A stretch of 64,000 bases of DNA from Terriglobia bacterium (GTDB lineage: Bacteria; Acidobacteriota; Terriglobia; 20CM-2-55-15), in contig CAXWPJ010000009.1 in assembly GCA_963664115.2 (NCBI GenBank), positions 1,152,001 to 1,216,000 on the forward strand. Reading direction: 5' to 3'. The notes under the pieces were generated by a model that had not been told where the DNA came from, ran no database searches, and was given only the letters and a program-made list of their open reading frames with translations. Position 1 is the stretch's first letter. Each line of letters begins with the position of its first letter. Below are positions 18,740 to 30,928 of this stretch, one piece after another. Made by a program: the position numbers and the translations under genes.

Positions 18740-18825
18740 CTCATGAAAGTTATGAGCCGACAATCCTGTTGAGCCGGAGACGAGAGTTACAATTCATGCC
18801 AAAACTCAGACGTCATTTACTTTAT

Positions 18826-18841
18826 TGAGTAGTTTTACTCA
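18826..18841. promoter_or_regulatory. Palindromic operator-like site upstream of the ATPase
   Basis: TGAGTA-gttt-TACTCA immediately before a TAAAAT -10 box. Confidence 0.4.
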
Positions 18842-18859
18842 GTGATGTAAAATAGTCGC

Positions 18860-19750
18860 ATGTCTGGCTACCAACGCCAACACGTGACAACTCTCATCAC
18901 CCGCCTGGAGGAACGACCAGAGCGACTGATCGTCATTTCCGGCCCGCGGCAGACTGGGAAGACCACACTTGTGCGGCAGGCCCTTGATCAGATCGACATA
19001 GGTAAACGCTACATCGCCATCGACGAACGCCAATCGGCAACTCCTTCACCTTCGCTCGACAGCCAAGAACAAGTCACTAAAACCAGCGACCCGCATGATG
19101 AAGAATGGTTGACCCGTGAGTGGGAGAAAGCGCGCAAAGATGCCGACCGTTCAGAACGTGGCTTCGTCCTGGTGCTGGACGAGATTCAGAAGATCGACCA
19201 GTGGTCGGAAACGGTTAAGGGTCTTTGGGACGCTGACCGAGCCGCTGAACGCCCCCTGCATGTAGTGATCCTCGGTTCGGCGCCACTACTAATGCAGCAA
19301 GGACTGACTGAGAGTTTGGCGGGGCGGTTCGAGTTGATTCGTGTTAACCACTGGTCTTTTCGCGAAATGGTGGATGCTTTCGGTTTCGATCTGCCGAGCT
19401 ATATCTATTTCGGTGGTTATCCTGGGGCCGCATACTACACAAAAAAACAACCACGCTGGCGCGAATATATTCGTTCTTCGCTGATCGAACCTAACATCGA
19501 AAGAGACATCCTTGATATGACACGCGTGGACAAACCCGCACTACTCAAACGGGCCTTTGAGTTGGGTAGCGCCTACTCGGGTCAAATTCTGTCTTACACC
19601 AAAATGCAGGGGCAACTGCAAGACGCCGGCAATACCACAACACTGGCACACTACCTGGAACTTCTATCGACTGCCGGTCTGCTAACGGGACTTCCGAAGT
19701 ACGCGGGCCAACAACACCGGCGCAGGGGGTCGAGTCCAAAGCTTAACGTT
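18860..19750 (+). pseudogene. AAA_14/DUF4143-type ATP-binding protein, C-terminally truncated by IS3
   Basis: Walker A GPRQTGKTT, Walker B LVLDEIQ, ESLAGR, GGYPG; reading frame is cut at SSPKLNV by the IS end. Confidence 0.85.
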
Positions 19751-21240
19751 TGTACGTCGTCAGAATAATTCGGACAAAAAGACCATTTAGCTAAGAGACG
19801 GTTTTGAAGTTATACCACTCCAATCCTAAGGTTCTCGATTTTGCGTCGAGCCAGCGTTTTTCTTTTGATCTGGTCACGACGTGCAAGGATCTGCTGATCC
19901 CTCCCGAAGAACACGTCAGCCGGTGTCACGTTGTTCAGAGATTCGTGATACCGATGGTGGTTGTAGTGTTCGACCCATTGCGCGATCGCCTGCTCAAGTT
20001 CCCACGGATAATAGTAGTGTTCCAACTTGACCACGTTCTTCATCGAACGGTGATAGCGTTCGATCTTGCCCTGTGTCATCGGGTGATAGGGCGCACCCCG
20101 GGTGTGTTCCATACCACGACGTTGTAAATAGTCTTTGAGTTCGTGCGATACGTAGCAGGGGCCGTTGTCGCTCAACAATCGCGGTCGGTGCCGGACTTGT
20201 ACTTGTCCGACATCTGTCGCCTGTAGTGCAACGTCCAGCGTGTCCTGAACGTCAGATGCGGCCATGGTTTGAAAGAGCTTCCAGGCGATGATGTAGCGAG
20301 AGTAATCGTCCAGCACGGTCGACAGGTAGTACCAACCCCAACCGACGACCCTGAAGTAAGTGAAATCAGTTTGCCAGAGTTCGTTCACACGCCGGGTTGG
20401 CTGCTGGAAGTGATCGCTGGCCGTCATCACGATGTATGCGGGACTGGTGATCAGGTCGCATCTCTTCAGAATCCGATACACGCTGGATTCGGAGATGAAG
20501 TAGTCCTGGGTGTCGGTGATCTGCCAGGCCAGTTCCCGCGGTGAGGCTTCCGGGTGGTTCAACGCGGTTTCGACCACCTGTTCCCGCACCGGTCCCGGAA
20601 TCCGGTTCCAGCAGAAGCCGGGGCCGGAATGCCGATCTAACAAGCCGGCTGCGCCACGCTCTTTGTATCGTCGATACCAACCGTAGAACGTGCTGCGGGG
20701 GACGCCCAGCTCCCGGAGGGTCGCTGTCACCGACAACTCCGAGTCTTCCACCACTCGGATCGTCTCCAGCTTCTCAGATCCCGATTGCCTCATATATCGA
20801 TGCTCTCGGAGTCCGTTACGTTCAACGTTTTTTTCAGAAAACGATTCTTTAGCAGTATTTCGGCCACGACCTGCTTCAACTGATCGTTTTCCTGCCGCAA
20901 CTCGGTGACTTCGCTCGATGTCGCTTCCCGCTTCGTGTCCCCAGCCAGCCGTTTCTTCCCCGCCTCCAGGAAGTCCTTGCTCCACCGGTAATACAGATTT
21001 GACGGAATCCCTTCGCGTCGGCACAGTTCTGCGATGCTCTCTTCGCCTCGCAACCCTTCCAACACGATCCGCACTTTCTCCTCAGACGAGTACTTCTTGC
21101 GCGTCTTTCGACGAATCTCTCGTACCCGATTCTCTGCCGACACTTTCTCACTCATTCGATCCTCCTTCAGATCGTTCTGATTAGAAAAGTGTCTCTTAGT
21201 TTTTTAGGGTATTTCGTACGAAATGCTCTGACGGGCTACA
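19751..21240 (-). mobile_element. IS3-family element, copy 1 (1490 bp)
   Basis: TG...CA ends with imperfect IRs (TGTACGTCGTCAGA / TCTGACGGGCTACA), orfA/orfB, A7 slippery run at 20828-20834; no target duplication; matches 44054-45543. Confidence 0.93.
19810..21155 (-). CDS. IS3 transposase OrfAB (orfA 20790-21155; orfB reached by -1 frameshift)
   Basis: HTH orfA; WQTDFT, VLDDYSR, SDNG and GKIERYH DDE core. Confidence 0.9.
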
Positions 21241-24236
21241 CCCTGTGCAAAAGCCAGCGTACCGCAATCATTGAACGCGACCCGCTGGGTGTTGTGTTGT
21301 ACGGCGACGTTCAGGACTTCACACACCATGAGAAACGCCACGTGTTGGATGGTCTAGATAGAGAGGCGGCGCGTTATCCCTGGTTCCGTTCATCGCATTG
21401 GACGGCGTCCCCGTTTGGCGCCCTCGCCACACTGGATATGGAAGGGCAGTTCCGCGACATCCTGACCGCGCCCGATAGGAGCGAAACACGTCAAGCACTT
21501 GCCGATTGCGTGCTTGACGCCATGACTCACGGCGCCAGGTTTGCGTCGCTCGACGATATTCTGCTTGATGTCGTCCGAGATGCTACCTGGTGGCCACGCA
21601 TCCGACGGCACGCGCTTGAGGTTGTGCACCGCCATAGCGAAGGCAAACCCGGCTCTGACATCCGGCTCAAAACAATACTGGATGAGATTGGCAACGGCAT
21701 GGTAGCGGATCCTGACGACGATCTCATGGGATACCTGTTGACCGAGCTTTACCCAAGAACGGTTACGGCTGCGGCGCTGCTGGATTATTTTCACGCTCCC
21801 AAGCGGCGAAACTACATCGGCAGTTATCTTGCGTTCTGGAGGCACACACTGCTTGAGCAATCCTCTGATTCCGATGTCAGTATGTTGCTCGACGAACTCA
21901 TCGTTAGGCTGGACATCCTCAGGCCAATAATGAACGACCATTTTTTCCGCAATGTAGCCGACGGATTGCTGGAGCGCGGATTGGAGGCAGTCGGTGAATT
22001 CATAGATTCAGCGCGTCTCTACGGGTGGCTCGGCGCTGGCTTGGACGAATACGGCTTTTCTCATTCAGGAACAGGGACACAGATTGACAGCATCCGTTCT
22101 TGGCTGGAAATACACCCGGCGATCCAGAAAACTATAGTCGGCATTGGTCTGGACCGATGTGTCGAAACAGAGAACTTCGAACGTTGCATGCACAAGGTAC
22201 GTGGACGCCTGTTCCATGCCGATCCGCCAGCCGATTTCGGTCGGTGGTGCCTCGACCGAATGCGAGCGGCGGCCAACGACAGCGTTGGTCGCTATCTGTT
22301 GCAGGAGGCGTTCGCCACCGTTTGCAATCAGCACGGTGATGCCGGTCTTTCACTGGAAACGCTCCGGGACTTCGCAGACCAAGATCCGAAGCACAAAGAC
22401 TGGTTAAGTAACATGCTTGTCTGTCCTATTGACCCGGAAGAACGGGAATACATCCAGAAACGCCGCCTTCGTGAGGCAGAAGAGCGTAAAGAAAAGCAGG
22501 AATGGCTGCGTGTTGTGAAGTCTCATGAGAGTGAGTTGCGTGAAGGGCGGGCCTATCCTCGACTACTCCATGATCTGGCCACTGCCTATTTCGGCCATTT
22601 TGTTGGTTCAGAGGGTGACACTCCGACGGAACGGCTCAGGAATTTTCTGGGCAACGACGAGCAGCTCGTGGAATCCGTTTTTCAGGGGCTGCGTCGATCA
22701 CTGGAGCGCGACGACATTCCGGGAGTTACGGATATCATCGGGCTCTACACTGACGGCCAGTCTTACCTAATCAGTAGCCCATTTCTAGCTGGGTTGGAAG
22801 AGATTACACAAGCGTCGCAAGAGAACGTCAATCAGCTAAGCGATGAAAAGATTAGACAGGCGCTCGCCTTCCGCCTCACAGATGGCACGGGTGAGGACCC
22901 GGACTGGTACAAATCACTGTTTGGGTCACGGCCGGACCTCGTGGCCGAAGTATTGACGGCTTACGTCATCGCGGCATTCCGAAGGAAGGAACAGCACATC
23001 ACCTGCCTTTACGCGTTGGCCCGTGTGGATGACCATAATGCGGTTGCACGGTTGGCGTCCCTGGCCATGCTGAACGCCTTCCCCGCGCGCAGTACAAACC
23101 AACAACACACATCGCTGGACGAACTTCTGAAAGCAGCCTTGAGCCACTCCGATCGACGGAAATTGCTATGGCTGATCGAAAAAAAACTAAACCTTCACAG
23201 CATGAACGTGGGCCAGCGTGTTCGTTGGCTCGCGGCCGGCCTAATAGTCGCACCCAAGGAATATATGGAATTACTGGCAGACTTTACTGAAGGACAGGAA
23301 AAACGAGTCCAGCACCTTGCCAGCTTTCTCGCCGACGAGCGTGACCAGTACGTACCGCTTGATGACCTGCCAGTACCTGCGTTAGGGCTCCTGGTGAATC
23401 TCATTGGTCGATTCTTCGCACCTTACGAACTGAAAGAGAGTGGCTTCGTGTCACAGGGAATGAATACGGCCGATTTCGTGAATCGCCTGATTAGCCGCCT
23501 GGGATCGCACTCTGGAAAAGAAGCCACCGACGTGCTCTATACACTGTCGATGGATCCTGGATTGAACCGATGGCAGAACGCAGTCCGGCGAGCCCAGTTC
23601 GAACAAAGCGCGGCCCGGCGCGAGGCGAGTTTTCGCCGTCCCGATATTCGTCAGGTCAGCGAGACACTAAACAACCGGGCACCCGCGAATGCCGGCGACT
23701 TGGCGGCATTGACTACGGTCGTCTTAAGGGATTTGGCCAACCAGATACGAAATGGGAATACAGATGATTACCGCCAGTACTGGAACGAAGGGCCGCAACG
23801 TCAACTCGAATCCCCTAAACATGAAGAGGCTTGCCGGAATGCCCTCTTGTCGGATCTACAGCAGCGCATTGCACCGTTTCAAATCGACGCCCAGCCCGAA
23901 GGTCGATATGCTGACGACAAGCGAGCGGATATACGTGTGGCGTTCGGCGGTACTGATGGATTTGAAGTTCCCATCGAGATCAAGAAGAATTCTCATAGGA
24001 ATTTATGGCGTGCGATACACGAACAACTAATCGCAAAGTATACGCGAGCGCCGGATGCGGCTGGCTTCGGAATCTATCTGGTGTTCTGGTTCGGCTCCGA
24101 CAATACACAGCCTTCCGCAAGTGAACCGCCTCCACGTACGGCTGATGAACTGGGGCAGCGTCTTCGCGCCACCCTGTCCGTAGATGAAAATCGGAAGATC
24201 TCGGTCTGCGTGATTGACGTTGCCAAGTCTGGATAG
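21241..24236 (+). pseudogene. C-terminal ~1000 aa of a large helical protein ending in a PD-(D/E)xK nuclease-like domain; N-terminus removed at the IS3 boundary
   Basis: Long open frame with no native start; C-terminal E...RADI...IEIKK...GIYLVFWFG. Confidence 0.65.
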
Positions 24237-24251
24237 TTTGTCGACGTTCTT

Positions 24252-26654
24252 TCAGAGCTTCAATCGCCGGAGACGCAATGCGTTCGAGATGACGGATACC
24301 GAGCTGAAAGTCATCGTGGCGCTTGCAATGATGGGGCTTAAAAGCACTCCAAAGAACGGGTAAAGCACCCCGGCGGCGAGCGGAATGCCGAGGGAGTTGT
24401 AGATGAAAGCGAAGAAGAGATTTTGCCTTATGTTGCTCATGGTTCCTCGGCTCAGTCGCCGCGCACGGACGATGCCTCGGAGGTCGCCTTTGATCAGCGT
24501 GACGCCCGCGCTTTCCATGGCGACGTCGGTCCCATGTCCCATCGCGATACCCACGTCTGCCTGGGCCAGGGCCGGTGCGTCGTTGATCCCGTCTCCGGCC
24601 ATCGCGACGACGCTTCCCAATTCCTGAAACTGCCGAACGGTTTCGTACTTCATTTCTGGGAGGACTTCGGCCCGCACGTCGTCGATGCCGAGCTTGGCCG
24701 CGACCGCTTCGGCGGTGGTTTGACTGTCGCCGGTCAACATAACGATCCGGACGCCTTCGGCATGGAGGGAGCGGATCGCGTCCGGAGTGCTTCTCTTGAT
24801 TGGATCGGCGACGGCGATCATGCCGACTGTGGAGTCGTCTACGGCGAGAAAGACGACTGTGGATCCGTTTTTACGGAGCGGTGCCGCATCGGCCGGCAGA
24901 GATCCCGGTTCGATGTTTCTGTTTTGAAGCAACGTAGGATTGCCCAGGACTACCTTGCGTCCACCCGCGACCCCAATGACACCTTTTCCCGTGATCGATC
25001 GGAATTTTTCTGCGGGTTCGAATCGCAGGCCGCGTTTACGTGCCTCCGATACGATGGCGTCAGCCAGGGGATGCTCGCTGACGGACTCGATGCTCGCGGC
25101 TATCGCCAGAACCTGGTCTTCGGTCCACGGTGATAGGGCGAGGACAGTTTCTACTTGAGGCTTGCCCTCGGTCAAAGTCCCGGTTTTATCGACGAGGAGT
25201 GTATCGACCTTTTCCAGGATCTCGAGTATTTCGGCGTTCTTGATCAGGACACCCTCGCTGGCACCCCGTCCGGTACCAACCATGATGGACATCGGTGTGG
25301 CCAGACCCAATGCACAGGGGCATGCGATGATGAGCACTGCGATCGCGTTGACTAATGCGAATGCCATCTTCGGGTCCGGTCCAACGAGAGCCCAGACAAT
25401 AAAGGTTATGACAGCGATCATCACAACGGCCGGAACAAAGTAGGATGCAACCACGTCAGCGAGGCGTTGGATCGGGGCCCGGCTGCGTTGTGCCTCCCCG
25501 ACCATTTTTACAATCTGTGCCAGCATCGTGTCCCGGCCGACTTTTTGAGCAACCATCACGAAAGTCCCGGTGCCGTTGACGGTCCCACCGGTGACTGCGG
25601 AACCGGTTTCTTTTTCGACGGGCACGGGTTCACCCGTCATCATGGATTCATCGATGCTCGAACGGCCTTCTTCGATGTGCCCGTCGACAGGAATCTTGTC
25701 TCCAGGCCGCACCCGGAGGCGGTCCCCCGCATGAACCTGATCCAGAGGAATGTCTTGCTCGCTTTGGTCATCCCCCACCCGGCGTGCCGTGGCTGGAGCC
25801 AATCCCAGCAACGCTCTGATGGCATTGCTTGTTCGGCCCCGCGCCCTTAGTTCGAGGACCTGACCTAAGAGAACGAGAACAGTGATCGCGGCGGCGGCTT
25901 CGAAGTAGACGAGCACCTCTCCATCATTTCCTCGAAAAGAAGCCGGAAATGAACCGGGAACGATCGTCGCGAGTGTGCTGTAGGCGTAAGCAGTACCGGT
26001 GCCGATCCCGATAAGGGTGAACATATTGAGGCTTCGATTCCGGAGGGAAAACCATGCCCTTTCAAAGAAAGGCCACCCGCACCATGCGACCACAGGTGTC
26101 GCCATCAACAACTGGATCCAATTCAGTGTGAGCGCGGAAACCCCGGAAACAGGATTACCTGGAATCATGTGTGTCATCGCCAGGATCAGGAGCGGCACCG
26201 TTAGCGCAACTCCCACCTTGAAGCGTCTTTCCATGTCCTCCAGTTCCGGGTTGGGCGTTTCCACCGCAGCGGCGGTCCGAGCCTCGAGAGCCATACCGCA
26301 CTTCGGGCATGAATCTGGTTCGGACTGGATGACTTCGGGGTGCATGGGGCAGCAGTACTCGACCCGAGGCGCGACAAATTCCAACTCCATGGGTTCCAGC
26401 GCCATGCCGCACTCTGGACATGGCCCCGGTCCCTGTTGCCGGACTTCTGGATCCATCGGGCACGTATAGACAGCTTGCGGATCGGTCGGTGGTGGCTGTG
26501 TCTGGAGGGGGCTTTCCTTTAGGTACTTCTGTGGGGATTGGGTGAAGCGGTCCGCACAGTGGGTAGAACAAAAGTGATAAAGAACTCCGTCGTGGTCGTG
26601 CCGAGCGGCGGCGGAGTTTTCTTCGACTTGCATGCCGCAGACGGGATCTTTCAC
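24252..26654 (-). CDS. copA: Cu(I)/Ag(I)-translocating P1B-type ATPase
   Basis: YHS-like DPVCGM, two YxCPM(D/H)PEV metal domains, [28 protein letters not shown] and MxxSS. Confidence 0.92.
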   Translation of the reverse strand: MKDPVCGMQVEENSAAARHDHDGVLYHFCSTHCADRFTQSPQKYLKESPLQTQPPPTDPQAVYTCPMDPEVRQQGPGPCPECGMALEPMELEFVAPRVEYCCPMHPEVIQSEPDSCPKCGMALEARTAAAVETPNPELEDMERRFKVGVALTVPLLILAMTHMIPGNPVSGVSALTLNWIQLLMATPVVAWCGWPFFERAWFSLRNRSLNMFTLIGIGTGTAYAYSTLATIVPGSFPASFRGNDGEVLVYFEAAAAITVLVLLGQVLELRARGRTSNAIRALLGLAPATARRVGDDQSEQDIPLDQVHAGDRLRVRPGDKIPVDGHIEEGRSSIDESMMTGEPVPVEKETGSAVTGGTVNGTGTFVMVAQKVGRDTMLAQIVKMVGEAQRSRAPIQRLADVVASYFVPAVVMIAVITFIVWALVGPDPKMAFALVNAIAVLIIACPCALGLATPMSIMVGTGRGASEGVLIKNAEILEILEKVDTLLVDKTGTLTEGKPQVETVLALSPWTEDQVLAIAASIESVSEHPLADAIVSEARKRGLRFEPAEKFRSITGKGVIGVAGGRKVVLGNPTLLQNRNIEPGSLPADAAPLRKNGSTVVFLAVDDSTVGMIAVADPIKRSTPDAIRSLHAEGVRIVMLTGDSQTTAEAVAAKLGIDDVRAEVLPEMKYETVRQFQELGSVVAMAGDGINDAPALAQADVGIAMGHGTDVAMESAGVTLIKGDLRGIVRARRLSRGTMSNIRQNLFFAFIYNSLGIPLAAGVLYPFFGVLLSPIIASATMTFSSVSVISNALRLRRLKL

Positions 26655-26853
26655 AACTACAGTTTAACCTGCAAGTCGATTCGGACCGCCCGATCGATTC
26701 GATGGGTCGGCGGCTGCTCTTTGATGACACTTTGACCCGACCTTACGAGTGGGGGCCAGACGAACTGATCAAAATGGCACTCGCTTATCGAATAGTGCAG
26801 AACCTCATGAAGCAAAGTACTGGAAATTTAGGACGTTGCATCGATTCATGCTC

Positions 26854-26868
26854 CGGTATGCGGATTGC
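26854..26868 (+). promoter_or_regulatory. Putative sigma54 promoter of usp
   Basis: CGGTATGCGGATTGC, GG-N10-GC with TTGC. Confidence 0.4.
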
Positions 26869-26921
26869 TCATAAAAGAGGTGGGTGCGTATGTATAAACC
26901 CGAAAGGGCGTCAAGTTATGT

Positions 26922-27905
26922 ATGTGGTCGCCCAACCTGCCTGGCATTGAAAAGATCCTGGTTCCCATCGACTTTTCCGATCCTTCAAAAAAAGCTCTTA
27001 GCTACGGTTTGTCTCTCGCCGTGGAACTGAATGCAACTCTGTTGCTGGCGCACGTGGTCGCCCAATCCGTTCCTCTGGCCTATGCCTATCCGGGGGAGAC
27101 CCAAGAGATGACGAAGGACCAACATGACGAGGTCAAGGCCAAACTGCGCGAACTGGTTCACGATGATTACTGCGAAACACTGAATAGCCGGTTCATCGTT
27201 AAGGTCGGCAACGTCGAAGACGAACTCCTGGCAATTGCGACTGAGGAGAACGTCGATCTTGTCGTTATGGGGACTCATGGACGCCGGCGCTTCGAACGCT
27301 GGCTCATGGGTTCGGTGACCGAACATTTCGTTCGAAAGGCTTCGGTTCCTGTGATGACGGTGTCCAATCTGGATGACGAACATCAAATAGAGGAGCCCGG
27401 ACCGATTCCACTGCGCAGATTGCTTTACGCTACCGGTTTGGATGGAACGCCCGATCGGCCTGACAAGGGAATGGCTATGGCCTTGATGCTGGCTCGGGAA
27501 TTCTCGGCCGAACTCACCGTCTTGCACGTGATGCCTCAACTTGAGGATGCCTACGGGTACGAGTACGTGCCTCTGGACTTGGAGGGTGACACCGCCAAAA
27601 TGCGCAGTCGTTTGATCGAGCGGCTCGAAACTGCGCTGCCCAAGCCCGCACTCAATGATCCGCACGTAAGCACTGAATTGGCTGAAGGTGTGCCTTATGA
27701 GCGAATACTCGAATTAGCCGAAGAAAGAAAGATCGACATCATCATCCTTAACACGCACGGGAAATCGGGCTTGGAGCGCGCGTTGCTTGGCTCGACCGCT
27801 GAGCGCGTCGTTCGCGGTGCTCACGTACCTGTGCTTTCTGTCCCACCAGTTGCCGAGTCTGAAGATCACCGCAAAGGCGCAAAGACGGAAAGGAAGACGG
27901 CTTAG
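26922..27905 (+). CDS. Universal stress protein (tandem Usp domains)
   Basis: ILVPIDFS, DLVVMGTHG...MGSVTE; second domain HGKSGLERALLGSTAERVVR. Confidence 0.92.
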   Translation: MWSPNLPGIEKILVPIDFSDPSKKALSYGLSLAVELNATLLLAHVVAQSVPLAYAYPGETQEMTKDQHDEVKAKLRELVHDDYCETLNSRFIVKVGNVEDELLAIATEENVDLVVMGTHGRRRFERWLMGSVTEHFVRKASVPVMTVSNLDDEHQIEEPGPIPLRRLLYATGLDGTPDRPDKGMAMALMLAREFSAELTVLHVMPQLEDAYGYEYVPLDLEGDTAKMRSRLIERLETALPKPALNDPHVSTELAEGVPYERILELAEERKIDIIILNTHGKSGLERALLGSTAERVVRGAHVPVLSVPPVAESEDHRKGAKTERKTA

Positions 27906-28042
27906 TCTGTGTAGATTTCGTCTGAGACGATCTTCGTGGGTTCTCAAGGAGTTTTCGCTGACCCGAGCAGCGATAGTCGAGCGGTATACAGGCAGCCTAT
28001 CCCGTCTTTTTTCTTTCTTTGCGTCCTCAGCGTCTCTGCTTT
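27867..28042. repeat. Degenerate palindromic element (CGCAAAG-unit arms); left arm inside the usp 3' end
   Basis: CACCGCAAAGGCGCAAAGACGGAAAG (same arm as 8055) and CTTTGCGTCCTCAGCGTCTCTGC between convergent usp and acnA. Confidence 0.7.
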
Positions 28043-28052
28043 GATTCCCTGA

Positions 28053-30767
28053 CTATGACTGCATTTGTCTGAGAACGTACTGGAGGATGCCACCGTTTCG
28101 GAAGTAATCGATTTCAACCGGCGTATCCAGGCGAGCGACGACTTGGAAACGCTTTTCCTCTCCGTCTTTCGTCTGCGCAAATACGTCGAGGCGCTTTCCG
28201 GGCGTGAGGTTTTCCGCAATGCCGGTGATGTTGAATGTTTCGAATCCGGTTAGACCCATACTTTCCCTTCCTTCGCCGTCGGAAAACTGCAGCGGAAGAA
28301 CGCCCATTCCAATCAGATTGCTGCGGTGAATACGCTCATAACTTTCCACGATCACCGCTCGCACGCCGAGCAGGCTTGTGCCCTTGGCCGCCCAATCGCG
28401 TGAGGATCCTGAACCGTACTCTTTTCCCGCGATAACGACCAAGGGGGTGCGCGTGTCCTGATACTTCATGGCCGCGTCGTAAATCGACATCTGCTCCTTG
28501 CCGGGGAGGTGCAGAGTCCATCCACCCTCGGTGTCGGGAGCCATCTGATTTCGAAGCCGGATATTGCCGAAGGTTCCGCGCATCATCACTTCGTGATTCC
28601 CACGTCGGGAGCCATAGGAATTGAAGTCCTTGGGTTGCACGCCATTTCGGATCAGGTATTTTCCAGCCGGACCGTCTGTGGGTATGGCGCCTGCGGGGGA
28701 AATGTGGTCCGTGGTGACCGAATCGCCCAGGACAGCCAGGGCGTGCGCTCCGCGAATGTCTTCCAGTGGCGGAGCCTCGGGAGGCATGTTTTCGAAAAAG
28801 GGAGGACGTTTTACATATGTGGAGGCCGCATCCCAGTCATAACGGTTTCCGCCCGGAACCTCCAGGGCGTTCCAGCGTTCGTCGCCGGCCAGCGATTCCT
28901 CGTAGGCACGGTGGAACATCTCCGGTTTCAGCGTCGAATCGATGGCATCCCTGATTTCGTCGGGATCCGGCCAGATCTCTTCGAGATACACCGGTTGTCC
29001 GTCATTGCCCATACCCAGTGGTTCGTTCAGCAGATCGACGTTCATGTTGCCCGCTAGCGCGTAGGCAACGACGAGCGGTGGGGAAGCGAGGTAGTTCGTT
29101 TTGACCAGCGGGCTGATGCGGCCCTCAAAGTTCCGGTTTCCGCTCAGTACTGCCGAGACGACGAGATCACTTTGGTTGATGCCTTCCGCGATCGCTGTTG
29201 GCAGTGGCCCGCTGTTGCCGATGCAAGTCGTACAGCCGTAGCCCACCAGATGGAATCGTAAAGACTCCAAAGATTCCAGCAACCCCGTCTCCCGAAGGTA
29301 ATCGGTGACGACCCGGGAGCCTGGCGCCAGGCTTGTCTTCACCCAAGGCCGGGCGGAGAGTCCACGACGGACTGCGTTTCGCGCCAGGAGACCTGCTGCG
29401 ATCATCACTGACGGATTCGAGGTGTTCGTGCAACTGGTGATCGCCGCGATGACGACCGATCCATGACCGATCTCGAAGCTATCGGATCCAAGCGTGACAG
29501 GAACCGTTTTTTCGAGCCGCGTCGCTTCCGATTTGCCGTCGCCCGACCCATTGCTCGATCCATCGCTTAGCATGGACACGAGGGTCTTATGGAACGACTC
29601 CTTGGATTCGCCCAGAGGGATACGATCCTGCGGTCTCTTCGGACCCGCGATGCTCGGTTCGATCGAGCCCAGATCCAGTTCCACGATATCTGCAAAGGCC
29701 GGTTCGACGCTATCAGAGGTCTGGAACAATCCCTGTGCTTTCGTATAAGCCTCGACGCGGGCGATGGCTTCGGAAGATCGTCCCGTGAGCTTCATGTAGT
29801 TGAGGGTTTCCTCATCAACGGGAAAGAATCCGACCGTTGCCCCGTACTCGGGAGCCATGTTCGATATTGTGGCCCGGTCGGCCAGCGAGAGATTCCGGAC
29901 ACCGGGACCACAAAACTCCACGAACTTTCCGACGACACCTTTCTTTCGCAGTATCTGAACCACACGCAGGACGGCATCGGTTGCAGTGGATCCTTTCGGG
30001 AGTTCTCCATTCAGCCGGAAACCCACAACATCCGGGATCAGCATGGATATCGGGCAACCCAGCATTGCGCCTTCGGCCTCGATTCCGCCCACGCCCCAGC
30101 CCACGATGCCCATCGCGTTGATCATAGTCGTGTGTGAATCTGTTCCTACGAGCGTGTCCGGATACAGCAGGGCAGCGCCGTTCTCCTCTTTGAGGAATAC
30201 GACATGCGCCAGGTACTCCAGGTTGACCTGGTGCACGATGCCTGTATCAGGCGGGACAACGCGGAAGTTTTTGAAAGCGCCCTGTCCCCACTTGAGAAAG
30301 AGATAGCGCTCGCGGTTGCGCTCCAGTTCACGTTCCGCGTTGTATCCGAACGCTGAGGCCGTACCGAACTGATCCACCTGCACCGAGTGATCGATGACCA
30401 GATCTACAGGTTGCAGCGGATTGATCTGATCGGGATCGCCTCCCATTTCTTTGACGACGTCGCGCATCGTTGCCAGGTCGACAACCGCGGGAACGCCTGT
30501 AAAATCTTGCATTAACACTCGGGCCGGGCGAAAAGCGATCTCCCTTTCCGTTTTCGAGCCGACCGATGCAACCAGCGCGTGAATGTCATCGGCGGACACC
30601 GACTCGTTGTCTTCATGCCGCAACAAGTTTTCCAGCATGATCTTTAGGGATATGGGCAGCTGCGATACACCGCCTACGCCAGATTTTTCGAGAGCTCCAA
30701 GCGAAAAGTACCGAAAGGACTGGTTTCCAATATTGAGTGTGGAATCCGAACCAAAGCTATTTTGCAT
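28053..30767 (-). CDS. acnA: Aconitate hydratase A
   Basis: QDFTGVPAVVD, DHSVQVD, GTDSHT, AAITSCTNTSNP, GYGCTTCIGNSG, GSGSSRDWAAKG. Confidence 0.97.
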   Translation of the reverse strand: MQNSFGSDSTLNIGNQSFRYFSLGALEKSGVGGVSQLPISLKIMLENLLRHEDNESVSADDIHALVASVGSKTEREIAFRPARVLMQDFTGVPAVVDLATMRDVVKEMGGDPDQINPLQPVDLVIDHSVQVDQFGTASAFGYNAERELERNRERYLFLKWGQGAFKNFRVVPPDTGIVHQVNLEYLAHVVFLKEENGAALLYPDTLVGTDSHTTMINAMGIVGWGVGGIEAEGAMLGCPISMLIPDVVGFRLNGELPKGSTATDAVLRVVQILRKKGVVGKFVEFCGPGVRNLSLADRATISNMAPEYGATVGFFPVDEETLNYMKLTGRSSEAIARVEAYTKAQGLFQTSDSVEPAFADIVELDLGSIEPSIAGPKRPQDRIPLGESKESFHKTLVSMLSDGSSNGSGDGKSEATRLEKTVPVTLGSDSFEIGHGSVVIAAITSCTNTSNPSVMIAAGLLARNAVRRGLSARPWVKTSLAPGSRVVTDYLRETGLLESLESLRFHLVGYGCTTCIGNSGPLPTAIAEGINQSDLVVSAVLSGNRNFEGRISPLVKTNYLASPPLVVAYALAGNMNVDLLNEPLGMGNDGQPVYLEEIWPDPDEIRDAIDSTLKPEMFHRAYEESLAGDERWNALEVPGGNRYDWDAASTYVKRPPFFENMPPEAPPLEDIRGAHALAVLGDSVTTDHISPAGAIPTDGPAGKYLIRNGVQPKDFNSYGSRRGNHEVMMRGTFGNIRLRNQMAPDTEGGWTLHLPGKEQMSIYDAAMKYQDTRTPLVVIAGKEYGSGSSRDWAAKGTSLLGVRAVIVESYERIHRSNLIGMGVLPLQFSDGEGRESMGLTGFETFNITGIAENLTPGKRLDVFAQTKDGEEKRFQVVARLDTPVEIDYFRNGGILQYVLRQMQS

Positions 30768-30874
30768 CGTCGTGACGTGTCTCCTGGAAATATGCTGAAA
30801 GAGTGTCTTGAAGAATAGGAGCTTTCAACCCGTCATTATAGGCGAAATTGAGAGTGCGCCCCATGCTAAGCTGT

Positions 30875-30928
30875 ACCGCGGATTACGCGGAATAGTTAAA
30901 TCTTGGGGCGTCATCCGTGTAATCCGTG
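30875..30928. repeat. Short palindromic element (CGGAT-unit arms)
   Basis: CGCGGATTACGCGGA ... TCCGTGTAATCCGTG, 9-nt periodic imperfect inverted arms. Confidence 0.55.

Noticed and set aside
18860-24236. Idea that the ATPase and the large downstream ORF are one gene split by IS3
   Set aside because: No target duplication, and the sequence after the IS does not continue the expected DUF4143 C-terminus; they appear to be different families
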